From sequence record MT135025.1: DNA of 64,000 bases, one strand, 5' to 3'. Position 1 is the stretch's first letter, and each line of letters begins with the position of its first letter. Position numbers and translations under genes: made by a program. A model generated the notes under the pieces. The model did not search any database, was not told the DNA's origin, and worked only from the letters and a program-made list of their open reading frames with translations. Shown piece after piece: positions 28,107 to 37,802 of this stretch.

Positions 28107-29003
28107 ATGACTGTATCTAATAGTAACGGTTTACCAGACATTGTTACTGTTCAAAAACGACTATATCCGCTGATCTTCACGGAAATCGTTTCTGAACAGC
28201 CAACAAAGCAACCCGTTGCAACTGCTTACGGCTTTAAAGCTGTACCTGAAGCTGATGACGGCAGCGGCTGGACACAATTTGGGTTTAGACTTGATCGTTG
28301 GTATGCTCAAGTTGAATCTTCAAAAATGAAGACTGAAATCTCTCTTGAAACGCTGCAAGATATGCAAGCACTCGGGGTTAGCAATTCAGTGATCGTAGAC
28401 TCACTAGCTGACCAAATTGCTGATGAAATCAATACGTCGATTATCGGTGCGTTGAATAGCATTTCAACTGTTGGTGCTGCACTAACTCTGACGGGTAATA
28501 CTGATTTTGAAAAAGGTCAAGATCTTTATACGAAAGTACACCTAGCAGCGTCTGAAATTGAAAAAACAACTGGTTGTAAAGGCACATATGTCGTTGCGGG
28601 CGGTAAATGTTTCGGTTATTTGACTGGTTGTGGTGTTGTACAGCGAGTTGGCGAATCGGACGTTTACAAAGCATGGTCTGGTTTATACATCGTACACGAC
28701 AAATACGCAACAAGCGATTACGTGACTGTAGGTGTTAAGAAAGACATGGGTGATTATGAAATCTCAAGTCTAGTATTCAGCCCGTATCAATTCGACCAAG
28801 CGAATGACGGCGCGATTGCTTATCAATACAAGGGCACTGACCCGAAATCATTCCACCCTGTGTATGGTGTTATTGCTCGTTACGCACTAACTGTTCCGCC
28901 ACTAGAAGACAATCAGACTGGTGCAGTTGAGATTGATTGGTCGAACTTAGGCGCGCTTGCTAATAGCTCAAAGCTTTCATACACATACGCAGTAACAGTA
29001 TAA
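28107..29003 (+). CDS. 24: Capsid vertex protein (gp23/gp24 fold, short)
   Basis: LIFTEIVSEQPT..GFRLDRW..KMKTEISLETLQDMQA..EINTSII..YGVIARYAL resembles gp23/24. Confidence 0.75.
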   Translation: MTVSNSNGLPDIVTVQKRLYPLIFTEIVSEQPTKQPVATAYGFKAVPEADDGSGWTQFGFRLDRWYAQVESSKMKTEISLETLQDMQALGVSNSVIVDSLADQIADEINTSIIGALNSISTVGAALTLTGNTDFEKGQDLYTKVHLAASEIEKTTGCKGTYVVAGGKCFGYLTGCGVVQRVGESDVYKAWSGLYIVHDKYATSDYVTVGVKKDMGDYEISSLVFSPYQFDQANDGAIAYQYKGTDPKSFHPVYGVIARYALTVPPLEDNQTGAVEIDWSNLGALANSSKLSYTYAVTV

Positions 29004-29011
29004 GGTGTGAC

Positions 29012-29524
29012 ATGAAAAATCATTATGTAGATAATAAAGCTCTATACGCATCACTATGCGAATGGAAAGACGAAATGAATAAGAATCCTGATGCGACAAT
29101 CCCAGTACCTGATGTGGTCGCGATTAGCATCATGAAGATTAGCGAGAACCTGTCTCGCCGTTACAACTTTAGTGGTTACACTGCTACGTGGAAAGAAGAA
29201 ATGATTGGTGACGCAATCGAACATTGCTTGCGTTACATCAAAAATTTCGATACTGATAAGTACAATAATCCACACGCTTACATCACTCGTATCTGTTTCA
29301 ATGCGTTCGTGCAACGCATTAAGAAAGAAAGAAAAGATACAGCGATTAAATATAAAGTATTCTTATGTGATTCGTCTAACTACACAGTTGAAGGCGAAGA
29401 AACTGATTTCGAGTTTCTTCAGCAAATGTTAGAGCGTGTCAATTCTTACGAGTCTGGCAAAACGGCTAAAGCTCAACCAGATGAACAGAAAGAACCACTT
29501 AACTTACAGAAATTTTACGATTAA
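29012..29524 (+). CDS. 55: Late transcription sigma factor
   Basis: HYVDNKALY, RRYNFSGYT..EMIGDAIE, NPHAYIT..NAFVQRIKKE. Confidence 0.96.
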   Translation: MKNHYVDNKALYASLCEWKDEMNKNPDATIPVPDVVAISIMKISENLSRRYNFSGYTATWKEEMIGDAIEHCLRYIKNFDTDKYNNPHAYITRICFNAFVQRIKKERKDTAIKYKVFLCDSSNYTVEGEETDFEFLQQMLERVNSYESGKTAKAQPDEQKEPLNLQKFYD

Positions 29525-29533
29525 GGAATTAAC

Positions 29534-30979
29534 ATGTTAGGTAACTTTGACTCATTTCTGAGTGAAAATCGCCGTCAAACTCAGGGTGGAAAAATCTACC
29601 CTAAGTTTGGTCAAGTTATTGTTGAGCTAGGCACTGCATCTACTGAGTTCAGCAAAGGCAAAGGCGTTGAAACAACTATCGGCATGATGGAGAAGGCAAA
29701 TGAGCTTAAATCTATCATGAACAATAAACTGGCTGAAGATAAAAACGTCGATGAGAAACATTTCGACATCAATCTGAGCGAGAACGTGAGCACGGTTAAC
29801 CTGCTTATGGAAAACGAATTCTTGGCGCTGCCAGCTCATGAGCTACAGCAAGTCAAATCAATGATCATGTGTACTGAAGCACGTCTTCCTAGCATCGTGA
29901 TTAAAGGCGCTTCATTGGATCAAGTTGTAGCTGAAGCAACGAAACTAGGCTACAAGAAAAGTGACATTCACGTTGTTTTCCCGATGCGTGAAATGAAAAT
30001 CAATCTTGCTGACTCTGACAAGATTGTTATTGAATCTCTATCAATTGACGACAATTCAGCGTCTGAGATTCTTTCAATGGCTGAAAACATCGAGCTTGGT
30101 GACGTTTATGTGACTGTAGAATCGGTTGATTCTAAGGCTGAACTGTCTGAAATCACTGAACTGAAGATTAAATCTGGTAAAAATGCGCTGACACTAGCTG
30201 CACTTAACCGCAAGATCATGGATCAGTTTATCGTGAAAGAAGCGAAAGAAGTTTCATATGCACGTGAGCGTAAAGAAGACACTGGTCTCCCAATGCTTGA
30301 AGGGTTCAAGGCATACGATCTGAAACAGAACATCACCATGATTGAACATGCTCAGAACGCATTCACAAAAGAGATTACAGTAGCTCCGCTATCTTCGACT
30401 GCGTGGCAAAATCTTGTTGATGTTAAAGAAGCTTACTTCGATAACGGTTGGAAACTGAAGCACAACAATACAAGCATCGTTCTAACAAACGCTGAACACG
30501 CAATGCGTGCTGGTCGTGTTTGTGAAGAATATCGAGTCGAGCTATCTGAAGCAGGTTATCCTCTTCTTGATATGATCGCAATGATGGAAAGCAAAGGCAT
30601 GACTCGCTTTGATTGTAAATCATTTGCTGAATCAATGATGAAATTCGACGGCTGTGTTACGCCAGAGCGCCAGACTGTGACTGCATTTGTTACTGAATCT
30701 GCTAGTAATCGCGTATTTCACCCGAATATTATGTCAAGCCTACGTCCTGTGACCGAAATGGTTGATGATGTTGACGGTCTAATTCGTGCGCTTGCTAATG
30801 ATCAGTTCAGTACGTTCAAAATCGGACAATCATTCTCTGAATCAATGCTTGACCAAGAAACGCTATACTCTATGATGGAAAGCATTGTTTCTGATGGTGT
30901 TGATGTATCAGTGGACGGGACTTTGATTGAATTCAAAGTGAATGCAACCAATTACCTAATCAATATCGACATCAAATAA
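29534..30979 (+). CDS. Hypothetical protein; candidate virion-packaged; degenerate P-loop-like N-terminus
   Basis: Leader MLGNFDSFLSE; YPKFGQVIVELGTASTEFSKG. Confidence 0.6.
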   Translation: MLGNFDSFLSENRRQTQGGKIYPKFGQVIVELGTASTEFSKGKGVETTIGMMEKANELKSIMNNKLAEDKNVDEKHFDINLSENVSTVNLLMENEFLALPAHELQQVKSMIMCTEARLPSIVIKGASLDQVVAEATKLGYKKSDIHVVFPMREMKINLADSDKIVIESLSIDDNSASEILSMAENIELGDVYVTVESVDSKAELSEITELKIKSGKNALTLAALNRKIMDQFIVKEAKEVSYARERKEDTGLPMLEGFKAYDLKQNITMIEHAQNAFTKEITVAPLSSTAWQNLVDVKEAYFDNGWKLKHNNTSIVLTNAEHAMRAGRVCEEYRVELSEAGYPLLDMIAMMESKGMTRFDCKSFAESMMKFDGCVTPERQTVTAFVTESASNRVFHPNIMSSLRPVTEMVDDVDGLIRALANDQFSTFKIGQSFSESMLDQETLYSMMESIVSDGVDVSVDGTLIEFKVNATNYLINIDIK

Positions 30980-30987
30980 GGTGAATC

Positions 30988-31635
30988 ATGAAACAATTTT
31001 GTAATTTTTTAGCTGAAGTTCAGAAATACAGTTCAGCGGCTACGTCGATTCGCGGCAAAGAAGTTGCTGCATTGGTTAAATTGTTCAAGTCAGGCATGTT
31101 CGTGCCTGGCGGAACAGCACTTGACTACGGCGCGGGCAAATACGGTCGTAATGCTGAATTTCTTCGCAGTGAAGGCATTCGCACTTACGCATACGACAAA
31201 TTCAATGGGACATCGGCTGATGGTTGGAACGCAGTTAGCTTAACTATCCCAAATGGTGAGACATTCGATACCGGCTTCACGTCATACGTATTGAACGTTG
31301 TTCCTGAAGAAATCGAAGCAGAAATCATCCGTGATGTTGAGTCTCGTACACGCGGTAAAGTGTTCCATATTACACGCGGTACTGACATCACTCAGACTGT
31401 ATTCAACGTAATCAGCGGTAAGAGCAAGAATGACGTAATGATGCAATTCATTGCTCAAGAATATCCAGAGATTTACGGTCAGATTGTCGCGAACGGTGGG
31501 ACGAAAGAATTGGCTAAAGAGATTGCAACCCGTGGAGTTGTAACAGCTAAAGACAGTTTCCAACGTATTCCAGACCTATCGAAATACGGTTACAAGAAAT
31601 CTGGTTCAGGTGCTTCGGTAGTGTGGACAAAATAA
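30988..31635 (+). CDS. Class I SAM-dependent methyltransferase; candidate virion-packaged
   Basis: ALDYGAGKYGR, AYD, SYVLNVV; leader MKQFCNFLAE. Confidence 0.8.
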   Translation: MKQFCNFLAEVQKYSSAATSIRGKEVAALVKLFKSGMFVPGGTALDYGAGKYGRNAEFLRSEGIRTYAYDKFNGTSADGWNAVSLTIPNGETFDTGFTSYVLNVVPEEIEAEIIRDVESRTRGKVFHITRGTDITQTVFNVISGKSKNDVMMQFIAQEYPEIYGQIVANGGTKELAKEIATRGVVTAKDSFQRIPDLSKYGYKKSGSGASVVWTK

Positions 31636-31652
31636 TTTTAATTTATTTGAAT

Positions 31653-31726
31653 AAAAGGGTTGCTTCGGCAACCCTTTTTGCGTATTATAGCTACATCGAA
31701 ACGAGATACAAAGAGAGAACGTTATG
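31653..31726 (+). promoter_or_regulatory. Terminator/promoter fusion cassette and leader
   Basis: aaaagggttgc-ttcg-gcaaccctttt; TTGCTT-N17-TATTAT. Confidence 0.8.
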
Positions 31727-31984
31727 ATGATTACTGAATACCTACGCAATAATACAGTTCGCGAAATGCTAGATTGCCCTGCTACTTCGCTTGCATTCTG
31801 GTCACAAGAATTCATGATCATCCCTGATGAAGATCTAACTTTTGTTGAAAACGATGAAAACGTTCTAATCAAGATGAACGAAATCGAAGTTGTTGTGCCG
31901 TACAATATGACGCTTGAAGTTCTTGAGCAAATGTTCGGTGACGCACTAAGTGAACATGTTAGAAAGATTAAAGAACGTGTTTAA
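31724..31984 (+). CDS. Hypothetical protein
   Basis: ORF after cassette. Confidence 0.75.
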   Translation: MMITEYLRNNTVREMLDCPATSLAFWSQEFMIIPDEDLTFVENDENVLIKMNEIEVVVPYNMTLEVLEQMFGDALSEHVRKIKERV

Positions 31985-32008
31985 CATCGGTTTATCTCAT
32001 CCTATAAT
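31979..32008 (+). promoter_or_regulatory. Class B promoter (gp47/46 operon)
   Basis: GTTTAA-N18-TATAAT. Confidence 0.65.
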
Positions 32009-32031
32009 AATCAAACATTGAAGGAAATATT

Positions 32032-32490
32032 ATGATCTACATTGAAACAAGCAACATCCTTTCTGATGACACTCTCGGCTTTGCAATGGCTGGCGCGCCT
32101 CAAGTTGATAAACTTGAGAAAAAAGAGCGTGACAATGTGCTTAACAAAGCTGTTGAAGTCAAGCTATACGAACGTCTTCCATCGACTGCTGTACTTGATT
32201 TTCTCTTGAATCAAAAAATTCCCTTCATCGCCGTACTGAGCAAAGTAGAAGTTATTGCTGAACAGCAACGTGCGTGGTTTGATGCAATTGGCAAGCACTT
32301 GAATATTGATGTGATGTACACAGATTTTCAAGAAGTCGAGCACAATCTCGATACGCTGTTGATTGCTGAAGATCGACATGAACTGAAACGTCACGCTCAA
32401 AATAACGGTAGAATTCTACCATTCACAACTGAAACACAATTTCAATTCATTATCGATCATTTATCTTCGGTCGACAATAAGGAGCAGTAA
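32032..32490 (+). CDS. Hypothetical protein
   Basis: ORF. Confidence 0.75.
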   Translation: MIYIETSNILSDDTLGFAMAGAPQVDKLEKKERDNVLNKAVEVKLYERLPSTAVLDFLLNQKIPFIAVLSKVEVIAEQQRAWFDAIGKHLNIDVMYTDFQEVEHNLDTLLIAEDRHELKRHAQNNGRILPFTTETQFQFIIDHLSSVDNKEQ

Positions 32491-32840
32491 TGCAAGAGAA
32501 GCCAGATTTACTCAAAGACGACGAAATTGTTGATGTAGTCGAAGATCAAGAAGTTCTTGACTATCTTGATGAACTGCAAGCTCAACGTCGTGCGCTTGTT
32601 GAGAAAGAAGCACATCGTCGTATCAAGAAAAACTCGCGTGAGATTAAACGTCTGCGTAAACATGCTGAAAAGTGTCTAATCGAAGGTAACAAAGCGGGTT
32701 ACGTCTACGCAATCGGCAAACTTCGTTCTATTACTGGTCAGACAGTCGGTGACGATGTACTTGAAACGCTATGGGAAACGAGTCGTGAGCAAGTACTAAC
32801 AATCGCACGCTCATTTGCAGAAGCGAAAGCAGGTCAATAA
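32490..32840 (+). CDS. Conserved T4-like protein (a-gt.4-like)
   Basis: KKNSREIKRLRKHAE..YVYAIGKLR. Confidence 0.6.
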   Translation: MQEKPDLLKDDEIVDVVEDQEVLDYLDELQAQRRALVEKEAHRRIKKNSREIKRLRKHAEKCLIEGNKAGYVYAIGKLRSITGQTVGDDVLETLWETSREQVLTIARSFAEAKAGQ

Positions 32841-33304
32841 TGGACATTAAATCAGGCGCTGGTTATCCAGCCAGTGCGCTGTCAAACTTTGCGCCTCACG
32901 CATTCGTTGTGCGTGGTGTTGAGTGTGCTTCTATGGAAGGGTTTCTTCAGTCGTTGAAGTTCAAAAACCCAGAAATGCAACGTGAAGTCTGCAAACTCGT
33001 GGGTAAAGTTGCTAAAGCACGCGGTTCAAAGAAAAATTGGCAACGCACTCAGACACTTTATTGGCAAGGTGAGCCGATTCAGCGTGCTTCGGTTGGGTAT
33101 CAAACGTTGCTCGATGACGCATACGCTGCATTAGCTCAGAACGTCAAATTTCAAAAGGCACTGCTTGCTACCGGTAAAGCTACCCTTACACATTCAATCG
33201 GGCGTAAGAAGCAGGCAGAGACGGTTTTAACTGTACAAGAATTCTGTAGCCGATTGACAGTGATTCGGGAACATTTGCAGAATGAAGCTGATGAATGTAG
33301 TTAA
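32840..33304 (+). CDS. 30.3: gp30.3-like NADAR-family ADP-ribosylhydrolase
   Basis: ALSNFAPHAF..MEGFLQSLK..LYWQG..TLTHS..TVLT..EF. Confidence 0.8.
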   Translation: MDIKSGAGYPASALSNFAPHAFVVRGVECASMEGFLQSLKFKNPEMQREVCKLVGKVAKARGSKKNWQRTQTLYWQGEPIQRASVGYQTLLDDAYAALAQNVKFQKALLATGKATLTHSIGRKKQAETVLTVQEFCSRLTVIREHLQNEADECS

Positions 33305-33794
33305 ATTAATGATTCGTGCGATTGCTCGTGCGAAGAAAACAGACAAGCCTATCGTATACATTGACATGGACAACGTGCTGGTCGACTTTCAGAGTGGAAT
33401 AGATTCTCTTTCTATCTGGGAAAAGAATCAGTATGAGGGTCGATATGACGAATGTCCGGGTATTTTCGCTCATATGAAGCCGATGAAAGGTGCGATTGCT
33501 GCATTTGAAGTGTTGAACAAACACTTTGATTGCTATATACTGTCTACCGCCCCGTGGGATAATCCTGGGTCATGGCAAGATAAGCGTCTGTGGGTTGAAC
33601 GCTACTTAGGCAAAGGTGCTTACAAGCGACTGATCTTGTCACATCACAAGCAGTTAAACTTCGGTCATTATCTCATCGACGACCGCACGAAAAACGGTGC
33701 AGGTGAGTTCATGGGCGAACACATTCACTTTGGCACAGACGAATTCCCTGACTGGTTTTCGGTTGTGACTTATCTTACGAGTGAGAACAAATGA
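33282..33794 (+). CDS. 5'(3')-deoxyribonucleotidase (HAD)
   Basis: YIDMDNVLVDF, ILSTAPW, DKRLWV, YLIDDR. Confidence 0.88.
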   Translation: MKLMNVVKLMIRAIARAKKTDKPIVYIDMDNVLVDFQSGIDSLSIWEKNQYEGRYDECPGIFAHMKPMKGAIAAFEVLNKHFDCYILSTAPWDNPGSWQDKRLWVERYLGKGAYKRLILSHHKQLNFGHYLIDDRTKNGAGEFMGEHIHFGTDEFPDWFSVVTYLTSENK

Positions 33795-34831
33795 AAGTAG
33801 CATTGCTAGGTGACTTACATATCGGCATCAAAGATGACGACATGTGGGTACAAAATTACCAGCGCAAGTTCTTCGACTTTATGTTCGCAGAACTAGAAGA
33901 GCGCGGTGTAAAAGAAATAATTCAACTCGGTGACTGGTTTGACGTACGTCGAGGAGCAACGCAAGAAACACTGATGTTTCAGCGAACGTATCTGAATGGC
34001 ATGTTGAAAGGTCACAATACACACGTTCTAGTGGGTAACCATGACATGCACTTGCGTGAATGCATTGTACCGAATACTCCGTATGAAGTATTGAGCGTTG
34101 TACCAGACGTTACAATCTACGAGCACCCGACGACTGTTGAGTTTGATGGTGTTAAAATTGACATAATTCCGTGGATTTGTAAAGAAAATGCAGTCGAAAT
34201 CGACGAATTCATTAAAAATTCAACGTCTGAATACTGTGTCGGTCACTTTGAGTTGAACGGGTTTGAATTTCATAAAGGTCAAAAAGCAACTGGCTGTCTT
34301 GATGCTGGTTTCTTGAAGAAATACAAACAAGTTTGGTCTGGACACTTTCATACTCAGTCTGAAGCGGGCAATATCAAGTATCTCGGTACGCCGTATACAT
34401 TGACTCTTGCAGATGCTGATGATAAACGTGGTTTTTGGTTGTTTGATACTGAAACACACGAAATGGAGTTCATTGAGAACCCCGATTGTTGGCACACCAA
34501 GCTGTATTTTGACGCTGAAACGTTTGACGCGAAAACAATCCCGTCATATGAAAATCGCAACGTCAAGATTATCGTTGAACGTCGTTCAAGTGACAAGCGT
34601 GAAATCTCTTTTGATGTAGTCGAAGATCGCATTGCGCAAATTGCACATGCGTGTCAGACTCTCGATGAGCTAGACATCAAAAAAGACGTAGCAGATGACA
34701 TCAAATCTATTAAAGATATTGATGATTATGTTGCTGAATATGCAGATACTCTAGACGAATCGACTGAAGTCAAGTCAAAAGTCAAAGCAATCTTCTCGGC
34801 GCTTCGTGCTGAAGCTCAGGAGAATGCGTGA
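33791..34831 (+). CDS. 47: Recombination endonuclease subunit (SbcD/Mre11-like)
   Basis: GDLHIG, LGDWFD, VGNHD, GHFE, SGHFH, YLGTPY. Confidence 0.96.
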   Translation: MKVALLGDLHIGIKDDDMWVQNYQRKFFDFMFAELEERGVKEIIQLGDWFDVRRGATQETLMFQRTYLNGMLKGHNTHVLVGNHDMHLRECIVPNTPYEVLSVVPDVTIYEHPTTVEFDGVKIDIIPWICKENAVEIDEFIKNSTSEYCVGHFELNGFEFHKGQKATGCLDAGFLKKYKQVWSGHFHTQSEAGNIKYLGTPYTLTLADADDKRGFWLFDTETHEMEFIENPDCWHTKLYFDAETFDAKTIPSYENRNVKIIVERRSSDKREISFDVVEDRIAQIAHACQTLDELDIKKDVADDIKSIKDIDDYVAEYADTLDESTEVKSKVKAIFSALRAEAQENA

Positions 34832-35055
34832 TGGAACGTGATTTGGTTAGTCCTTGTAAAATATGCGGTAAACTCCCGTTCATTCATAAGTCGCCAGTAA
34901 TGGCGAATGGTTGTTCATTCACAGCTTGGATTGTTGAGTGTGACAATGACGACGATGATCAGCGCACTCCACCTTTTGTTGAACATAGTCTAGTAGTCTA
35001 TGGGGCTACAAAAGAAGAAGCAATTGACCGATGGGATGAAATAGCGAATGATTAA
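34828..35055 (+). CDS. Small Zn-ribbon protein (Lar-like pattern)
   Basis: PCKICG..WIVEC..TKEEAIDRW. Confidence 0.55.
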   Translation: MMERDLVSPCKICGKLPFIHKSPVMANGCSFTAWIVECDNDDDDQRTPPFVEHSLVVYGATKEEAIDRWDEIAND

Positions 35056-37285
35056 GTTCAAAGAAGTGACGTATAGCAATATCATGTCGGTGGGTAATAC
35101 GCCGATTACGATTAAGCTAGACGAATTTAACAAAACGTTGATTACTGGCACGAATGGTGCTGGTAAATCAACGTACATCGAGGCAATCTGTTTCGCACTG
35201 TATGGAAAACCATTCCGTAACATCAAGAAAACACAGATTGTCAATGCTGTGAACAAGAAAAAGCTATTGGTTGAAATTACGTTTCAAGACAATAAGCACG
35301 TCTACAAGATTGTTCGCGGTATCAAACCAAACAAGTTCGAGATTTACAAAGACGATGAACTGATTCCGCAAGAAGCCGCGGTTGCTGATTACCAAGACAT
35401 GCTTGAAAAGAACATCTTGAAGATGAATCTGAGCACGTTTAAGCAAATCGCTGTTCTCGGTACTGCGGGTTACACGCCGTTTATGTTGCTTCCGGCTGCG
35501 AAACGTCGTGAAATCGTCGAAGACTTGCTTGATATTGGTATTTTCAGTGACATGGCAGCGTTAAACAAAGTCGCACTGAAGCAACTCAATGAGCAGATCA
35601 AAGACATCGAAGCGGATATCGAACGTCGAATGGGCGAATTGAAGTTGCACATTCAGTTCCAAAAAGAACAGAAAGATAATCGCGACGGCGATTTGGCACA
35701 GCTTGAAGCACGTAAATCAGAAGCTGAAGCTGAACTCGCACCACTTTCATTCGAAATTTCTCAACTTGAATCGCAGATCAGCGAAGATAGCAAGAAATTG
35801 CGTGACTTGAAAGAAAAATTGGCATTCGAGTTATCTGCGGCTGAAGAAGAGCAAGCAACTGAACTGATTGCACTTGATGCTGAACATCAAGCAAATATTG
35901 AAAAGGTTGAAGCTGAACAAAAAGCTGAAATCGACGCGCTAAAAGCCAAGCAAACGAGTGAGCAGAACGTCATTGATGAACTCAATGAACAGGCGGTGTT
36001 AGATCTCGATAAAGATCATTCACAGGCTCTAATTGATTTTGACGCTGAGACTAAACTGAACACGCCGGAAGCACCGGATGCTGATGAAATTGCTGCTGAC
36101 ACCTCTACGGTTTTGAGCAACAAGAAAGAAATCACGAAACTCAAAGAGAATAAAGGATTCTTTGAGAAGAACGGTGACTGCGAGTGTTCGACGTGTAAGC
36201 AAACAATCTCGTCTGATTTTGCGCAAAGTGTCATTGATATGGCAGACGCACAGATCGCAACGCTGACTGAAGAAACGAAAGTTCTGGCTGAGAAGATACG
36301 TGCAGCGCAAGCGCAATCTAAAGCACGTAGTGAGTATCTTAGCACTCGCGCTAGTGAACGTTCAGCTTTAGACGAAAAACAGCGTACAGAGCGTTCTACG
36401 CTCATTAAAACGCAATCAACTGAACGTATGCGAGTCGTAGACGCGCAGCGTGAAGCAATGTCGAGCTTAACAAGCAAATTCAATGAGGCTCTTTCTCTAT
36501 TGCGCAATACGCAATCGAAAGCTCGTTCTGAAATTGTATCGCAACATGCGACGATTAATGCTGAGTTAACGAAGAAAGGTGCGAGTGAGCGTGAAACGCT
36601 GACTGAAAACATTGGCAAATATCAAGCTGAACTAGCGAAGATTTTGGCTGATGAAAAGAACCTGACGTCCAAGATCGCGACGATTGAATCAGACATTGCT
36701 GATGTTAAAGCAAAGGCGGCAACTGAAGACCGTACGGACTTAATCAAGAAATTGACGGCTGAAGTTCGTGATGTTAAGAAAGGCTTACAAACTGACATGC
36801 AAACTAAGCACTGTCGTACCATTGTCGGCACGCTGTTGAAAGATGACGGTGTGAAATCAATGATTGTTCGGCAATACATTCCGATGATCAACAAGTACAT
36901 CAATGATTACTTGAAGACCATGAATGCGAACTACAACTTCGTGCTTGATGAAGAATTCAACGAGACTATCAAATCTCGTGGTCGTGATGACTTTAGTTAC
37001 ACGTCATTTTCTCAGGGTGAGCGTTGTCGTATCGACTTGGCATTGTTGTTTGCTTTCCGTGATTTGGTTAGCGCACGTACCGGCTCAATGACTAACTTGT
37101 TGGTTCTTGATGAGGTATTTGATTCAGCGGCTGACTCTGACGGGGTTGATTCTATCAACCAGATTCTAAGCAGCATCAAAGACAACGTGTTTATTATCTC
37201 ACATAGTGAGAAGCACGAACAAAGCATGTTTGATAAGCATATCAAGTTTGCGAAAAAAGGCAACTTCACAAGAGAGGTCAAATGA
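35048..37285 (+). CDS. 46: Recombination ATPase (SbcC/Rad50-like) with extended coiled coil
   Basis: GTNGAGKST, CSTC hook, FSQGE, LVLDEVFD, ISH. Confidence 0.96.
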   Translation: MIKFKEVTYSNIMSVGNTPITIKLDEFNKTLITGTNGAGKSTYIEAICFALYGKPFRNIKKTQIVNAVNKKKLLVEITFQDNKHVYKIVRGIKPNKFEIYKDDELIPQEAAVADYQDMLEKNILKMNLSTFKQIAVLGTAGYTPFMLLPAAKRREIVEDLLDIGIFSDMAALNKVALKQLNEQIKDIEADIERRMGELKLHIQFQKEQKDNRDGDLAQLEARKSEAEAELAPLSFEISQLESQISEDSKKLRDLKEKLAFELSAAEEEQATELIALDAEHQANIEKVEAEQKAEIDALKAKQTSEQNVIDELNEQAVLDLDKDHSQALIDFDAETKLNTPEAPDADEIAADTSTVLSNKKEITKLKENKGFFEKNGDCECSTCKQTISSDFAQSVIDMADAQIATLTEETKVLAEKIRAAQAQSKARSEYLSTRASERSALDEKQRTERSTLIKTQSTERMRVVDAQREAMSSLTSKFNEALSLLRNTQSKARSEIVSQHATINAELTKKGASERETLTENIGKYQAELAKILADEKNLTSKIATIESDIADVKAKAATEDRTDLIKKLTAEVRDVKKGLQTDMQTKHCRTIVGTLLKDDGVKSMIVRQYIPMINKYINDYLKTMNANYNFVLDEEFNETIKSRGRDDFSYTSFSQGERCRIDLALLFAFRDLVSARTGSMTNLLVLDEVFDSAADSDGVDSINQILSSIKDNVFIISHSEKHEQSMFDKHIKFAKKGNFTREVK

Positions 37286-37746
37286 AACTCGTACCGATGA
37301 CGGTCGATTACAGTGAGGATATTTACACTATGTGTAAGTATCTTCTACTTAACGACACACACTCAGACTGTCCAGAAACTAAGATCGGGCGATTTATGCT
37401 CGGTCGTGCGACTGGTCACACAACTTCGATGGTAAAGGCGGCTGAACGTCTACGTCGTGAAGGCTTCAACGTTCTTGAAGTCTATTACAACGAAGCGAAT
37501 CGAACAATGAATCGTCGTGGTTGGAATCATGACATGGCAACGACTTATGACAAGATCGTGCGTGACGGATTCTATCACAACGCATTCGTAGGTCGTGGAA
37601 ACGCAAACATGCCAGACATCATCTTGTTTGACACATATTCGTTTGCTGAACAACGCATTCGCGGTGTATCTACGAAAGTAGATGAATTGATGCATATTTT
37701 GCATCGTGAGTTTAACAAGAAAACTGCGTTTTTCTTCATTCAATAG
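37282..37746 (+). CDS. Hypothetical protein
   Basis: ORF; GRATGHTT motif. Confidence 0.7.
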   Translation: MKLVPMTVDYSEDIYTMCKYLLLNDTHSDCPETKIGRFMLGRATGHTTSMVKAAERLRREGFNVLEVYYNEANRTMNRRGWNHDMATTYDKIVRDGFYHNAFVGRGNANMPDIILFDTYSFAEQRIRGVSTKVDELMHILHREFNKKTAFFFIQ

Positions 37747-37747
37747 T

Positions 37748-37777
37748 GTTTAGACCGGTAAATAGCTGTGCTAATAT
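37748..37777 (+). promoter_or_regulatory. Class B promoter (clamp operon)
   Basis: GTTTAG-N18-TAATAT. Confidence 0.6.
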
Positions 37778-37802
37778 GAGCGCAGCTATTGAGGAAATAC
37801 AC

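Noticed and set aside
36016-36618. 200-aa minus-strand ORF, and the many other short antisense or nested ORFs in the track
   Set aside because: Shadows of well-supported genes, with no SD or promoter support
37282-37746. rpbA assignment by position
   Set aside because: No recognisable RpbA sequence features, so left as hypothetical
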